Source: an uncultured Thermoleophilia bacterium
GTDB taxonomy: Bacteria > Actinomycetota > Thermoleophilia > UBA2241
Direction of reading: 5' to 3'
Length of the DNA: 64,000 nucleotides
Assembly: GCA_963747935.1 (NCBI GenBank)
Contig: CAVVGY010000006.1
Location: 105,161-169,160 of the forward strand
Below are positions 61,552-64,000 of this stretch, in pieces. The notes beneath the pieces are model-generated. The model saw only the letters and a program-made list of their open reading frames with translations, had not been told where the DNA came from and searched no databases. Every line of letters starts with the position of its first letter. Within the stretch, counting starts at the first letter, position 1. The position numbers and the translations under genes were made by a program.

Positions 61552-63516
61552 CTACTGCTTGTTGGCCTTGAGGTCGTCCACGACGGCCGGATCGGCCAGC
61601 GTCGACGTGTCGCCCAGCGCGTCGAACTCGCCCTCGGCGATCTTGCGCAGGATGCGGCGCATGATCTTGCCCGAGCGGGTCTTCGGCAGGCCGGTGGCCG
61701 CGAACTGCATCTTGTCGGGCGTGGCGATGGGGCCCACGACCTTGCGCACGTGCACGACCAGCGACTTCTTGAGGTCGTCGCTGGGCTCCACGCCGTCGTT
61801 GAGCACGACGTAGGCGTAGATGCCCGTGCCCTTGATGGGGTGCGGGTAGCCGACCACGGCGGCCTCGGCGACCTGGGGAGCGCTCACGAGCGCGCCTTCG
61901 ACGTCGGAGGTGCCGATGCGGTGACCGGAGACGTTGAGCACGTCGTCGATGCGGCCCTTGAGCCAGTGGTCGCCGTCTGCGTCGATGGCGCAGCCGTCGC
62001 CGGTGGTGAAGTAGCCCTTGAACATCGAGAAGTAGACGTCCTTGAAGCGCGTGCCCTCATCGTCGCCCCAGGTGCCGCGGATCATGCCGGGCCACGGAGC
62101 GGTGATGACGAGGTGACCGTCCTCGCCGACGCCGGCGGGCTCGCCCTTGTCGGTGAGCACGGCGGTCTGCACGCCGAAGAACGGACGCCCGGCGGAGCCC
62201 GGCTTGAGGGTCATCGCGCCGGCCAGCGGGGCGATCATGTGGCCGCCGGTCTCGGTCTGCCACCACGTGTCGCTCAGCGGGATGCGGCTCTTGCCGACCT
62301 TCTCGTAGTACCACAGCCAGCTGTTGGGATCGATGGGCTCGCCGACGGAGGCCATGAAGCGCAGGCTGTCCATGGGGTGCTTCATCGGCCACTCGTCGCC
62401 CTGGCCGATGAGGCTGCGGATGACGGTCGGCGCGGTGTAGATCGTGGTGGCCTTGTGCTTCTCGACGACCTGCCAGTAGCGGTCCGGCTCCGGATAGGTC
62501 GGCAGACCCTCGTAGAGGAGGCTGGTGGCGCCGAGGGCGAGCGGGCCGTACACGATGTAGCTGTGGCCCGTGATCCAGCCGATGTCGGCGGTGCAGAAGT
62601 GCACGTCGTCATCGTGGATGTTGAAGACGTACTTCGTGGTGTCGTGCGCGTAGAGGAGGTAACCACCGGTGGTGTGGATGACGCCCTTGGGGGTACCCGT
62701 GGAGCCGGACGTGTAGAGGATGAAGAGCGGGTGCTCCGCATCGACCGGCACGCACTCGCACTCGGTGGAGATGTCCGGAGCGGCCATCTCGTCGTGGTAC
62801 CAGAGGTCGCGGCCCTCGGTCATCGGGACGTCGCCGTCGACGCGCTTGATGACGATGACCTTCTCGACCGTCGTCTCGCCCTGGATGGCGACGTCGGCGT
62901 TGGCCTTGGACGGGGTGGACTTGGACCCGCGATGGCCCTTGTCCGCGCAGACGAGGATCTTGGCGCCGCTGTTGTCGATGCGGGCCTTGAGGGCCTCGGC
63001 GCTGAAGCCGCCGAACACCATCATGTGGATGGCGCCGATGCGCGCGCAGGCGAGCATGACGATCGGCAGCTCGGCGATCATCGGGAGGTAGAGGGCGACG
63101 CGGTCACCCTTCTTGACGCCGTGCTTCTTGAGGACGTTGGCGAACTTGCTGACCTCGTCCTTGAGCTGCGCGTACGTGTAGGTGTACGTGTCGCCGGGGT
63201 CGCCCTCGAAGACGATCGCGGCCTTGTCGCCCTTGCCGGCCTCGACGTGGCGGTCGACGCAGTTGTACGCCGCGTTGAGCTCGCCGCCCTCGAACCACTT
63301 GATGTACGGCTTGGGGTCGAAGCTCCAGTCGAGGACCTTGTCCCACTTCTTGGTCCAGACGAGGGCGTCCTCGGCGCGGTCCGCCCAGTACCCCTCGGGG
63401 TCTTCGACGGAACGCTTGTAGTCCGCCTCGTACTGCTCCATCGAGGAGTAATACGCGGTCTTCTGGAACTCGGGCGTCGGCGGGAAGAGCTTAGGCTCGT
63501 CAGCCACCCTGTTCAC
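61552..63516 (-). CDS. acs: Acetyl-CoA synthetase (AMP-forming)
   Basis: Full-length Acs pattern: NAAYNCVDRH, ILYTSGSTGTPKGV, YWQTETGG, and the C-terminal motif SGKIMRRILRKIA containing the conserved acetylatable Lys. Confidence 0.95.
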   Translation of the reverse strand: MNRVADEPKLFPPTPEFQKTAYYSSMEQYEADYKRSVEDPEGYWADRAEDALVWTKKWDKVLDWSFDPKPYIKWFEGGELNAAYNCVDRHVEAGKGDKAAIVFEGDPGDTYTYTYAQLKDEVSKFANVLKKHGVKKGDRVALYLPMIAELPIVMLACARIGAIHMMVFGGFSAEALKARIDNSGAKILVCADKGHRGSKSTPSKANADVAIQGETTVEKVIVIKRVDGDVPMTEGRDLWYHDEMAAPDISTECECVPVDAEHPLFILYTSGSTGTPKGVIHTTGGYLLYAHDTTKYVFNIHDDDVHFCTADIGWITGHSYIVYGPLALGATSLLYEGLPTYPEPDRYWQVVEKHKATTIYTAPTVIRSLIGQGDEWPMKHPMDSLRFMASVGEPIDPNSWLWYYEKVGKSRIPLSDTWWQTETGGHMIAPLAGAMTLKPGSAGRPFFGVQTAVLTDKGEPAGVGEDGHLVITAPWPGMIRGTWGDDEGTRFKDVYFSMFKGYFTTGDGCAIDADGDHWLKGRIDDVLNVSGHRIGTSDVEGALVSAPQVAEAAVVGYPHPIKGTGIYAYVVLNDGVEPSDDLKKSLVVHVRKVVGPIATPDKMQFAATGLPKTRSGKIMRRILRKIAEGEFDALGDTSTLADPAVVDDLKANKQ

Positions 63517-63779
63517 CTCCCATGGATCTTCACATGATCCGTTTCGCTGGATGGTTCCTCCCGCGCGGTGCCCAGGGGGGGAATCGCGCGGGGGGCTCGT
63601 CCACGGCCGGCGGGCTTACCAGGAAATCCGCGCGGCGGGACCTGCCAGCGATGCGACCACAGTCGCCGCTCCGTAATGCCCTCTGGTCCTGGACCGTGTG
63701 GGCCGTGCGGCGTCAATGTGCGCCTCGCTCCTTGGGCTAGGCCAATGGGCAACGCTACTGACGACGCGTGGGAAAAGCA

Positions 63780-63829
63780 AGCTTCGCGGGAGCGGTTCAT
63801 CGGGATGGATGAACCGCTCCCCGCAAGCT
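63780..63829. repeat. Long near-perfect inverted repeat (22-bp arms, 6-nt loop)
   Basis: AGCTTCGCGGGAGCGGTTCATC-GGGATG-GATGAACCGCTCCCCGCAAGCT, about 265 bp upstream of the acs start. Confidence 0.6.
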
Positions 63830-64000
63830 GGCACTTAGGGCGTGCCCATTCCGACATACGGTCGAGTCGTCCGCCAAGCGGATGAGCCATCGGGGTGCCG
63901 CTCGGCCGTCTTCAAACAGGCGGATGAAGGTGTCGCGGCGGTCCGTCAGCCGGGATGCCCCTGATCGGCGAAGACGCGTGGGCGCAATGAGAAGGGAGGA

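Overview
This is a 64-kb, very GC-rich (about 70% by eye, not computed) chromosomal segment. Gene content fits an anaerobic high-GC Gram-positive (Actinomycetota-like) bacterium with Wood-Ljungdahl-type C1 metabolism; that taxonomy is inference only. I support about 55 protein genes and one ncRNA (SRP RNA, 53031-53136, minus strand). I saw no rRNA, tRNA, CRISPR array, transposase/integrase or recognisable defence genes.

Main blocks:
- (1) An hdrA-mvhD-metV-metF-hdrC-hdrB operon (8476-16609, minus). It matches the Moorella-type MetFV-HdrABC-MvhD methylene-THF reductase, and its HdrA carries a roughly 450-aa GltD/NfnB-like NAD(P)H module inserted in the polypeptide.
- (2) The most unusual locus (39088-47214, minus) is a four-subunit 2-oxoacid:ferredoxin oxidoreductase operon, porG-porD-porA...porB. 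It is split by NuoE-like and NuoF-like genes, and its PorB is fused to a [2Fe-2S]+GltD-like+[4Fe-4S] protein. In effect an Stn/NfnABC (Bfu-type) flavin module is wired into PFOR.
- (3) A two-component system plus a DUF2318 Cys-rich membrane protein, two FtsX-type permeases and an ABC ATPase (28489-34455).
- (4) A housekeeping run on the minus strand: ffs, LOG, RNase II-like, dnaX, ybaB, recR.
- (5) A Pat-like lysine acetyltransferase, a PASTA pseudokinase and AMP-forming Acs (57135-63516).

Caveat: about 16 single-base frame disruptions interrupt otherwise intact conserved genes, so the assembly probably contains indel errors. Gene coordinates for those loci span the frameshifts. Many very long ORFs in the six-frame track are off-frame or antisense artefacts of the high GC content.
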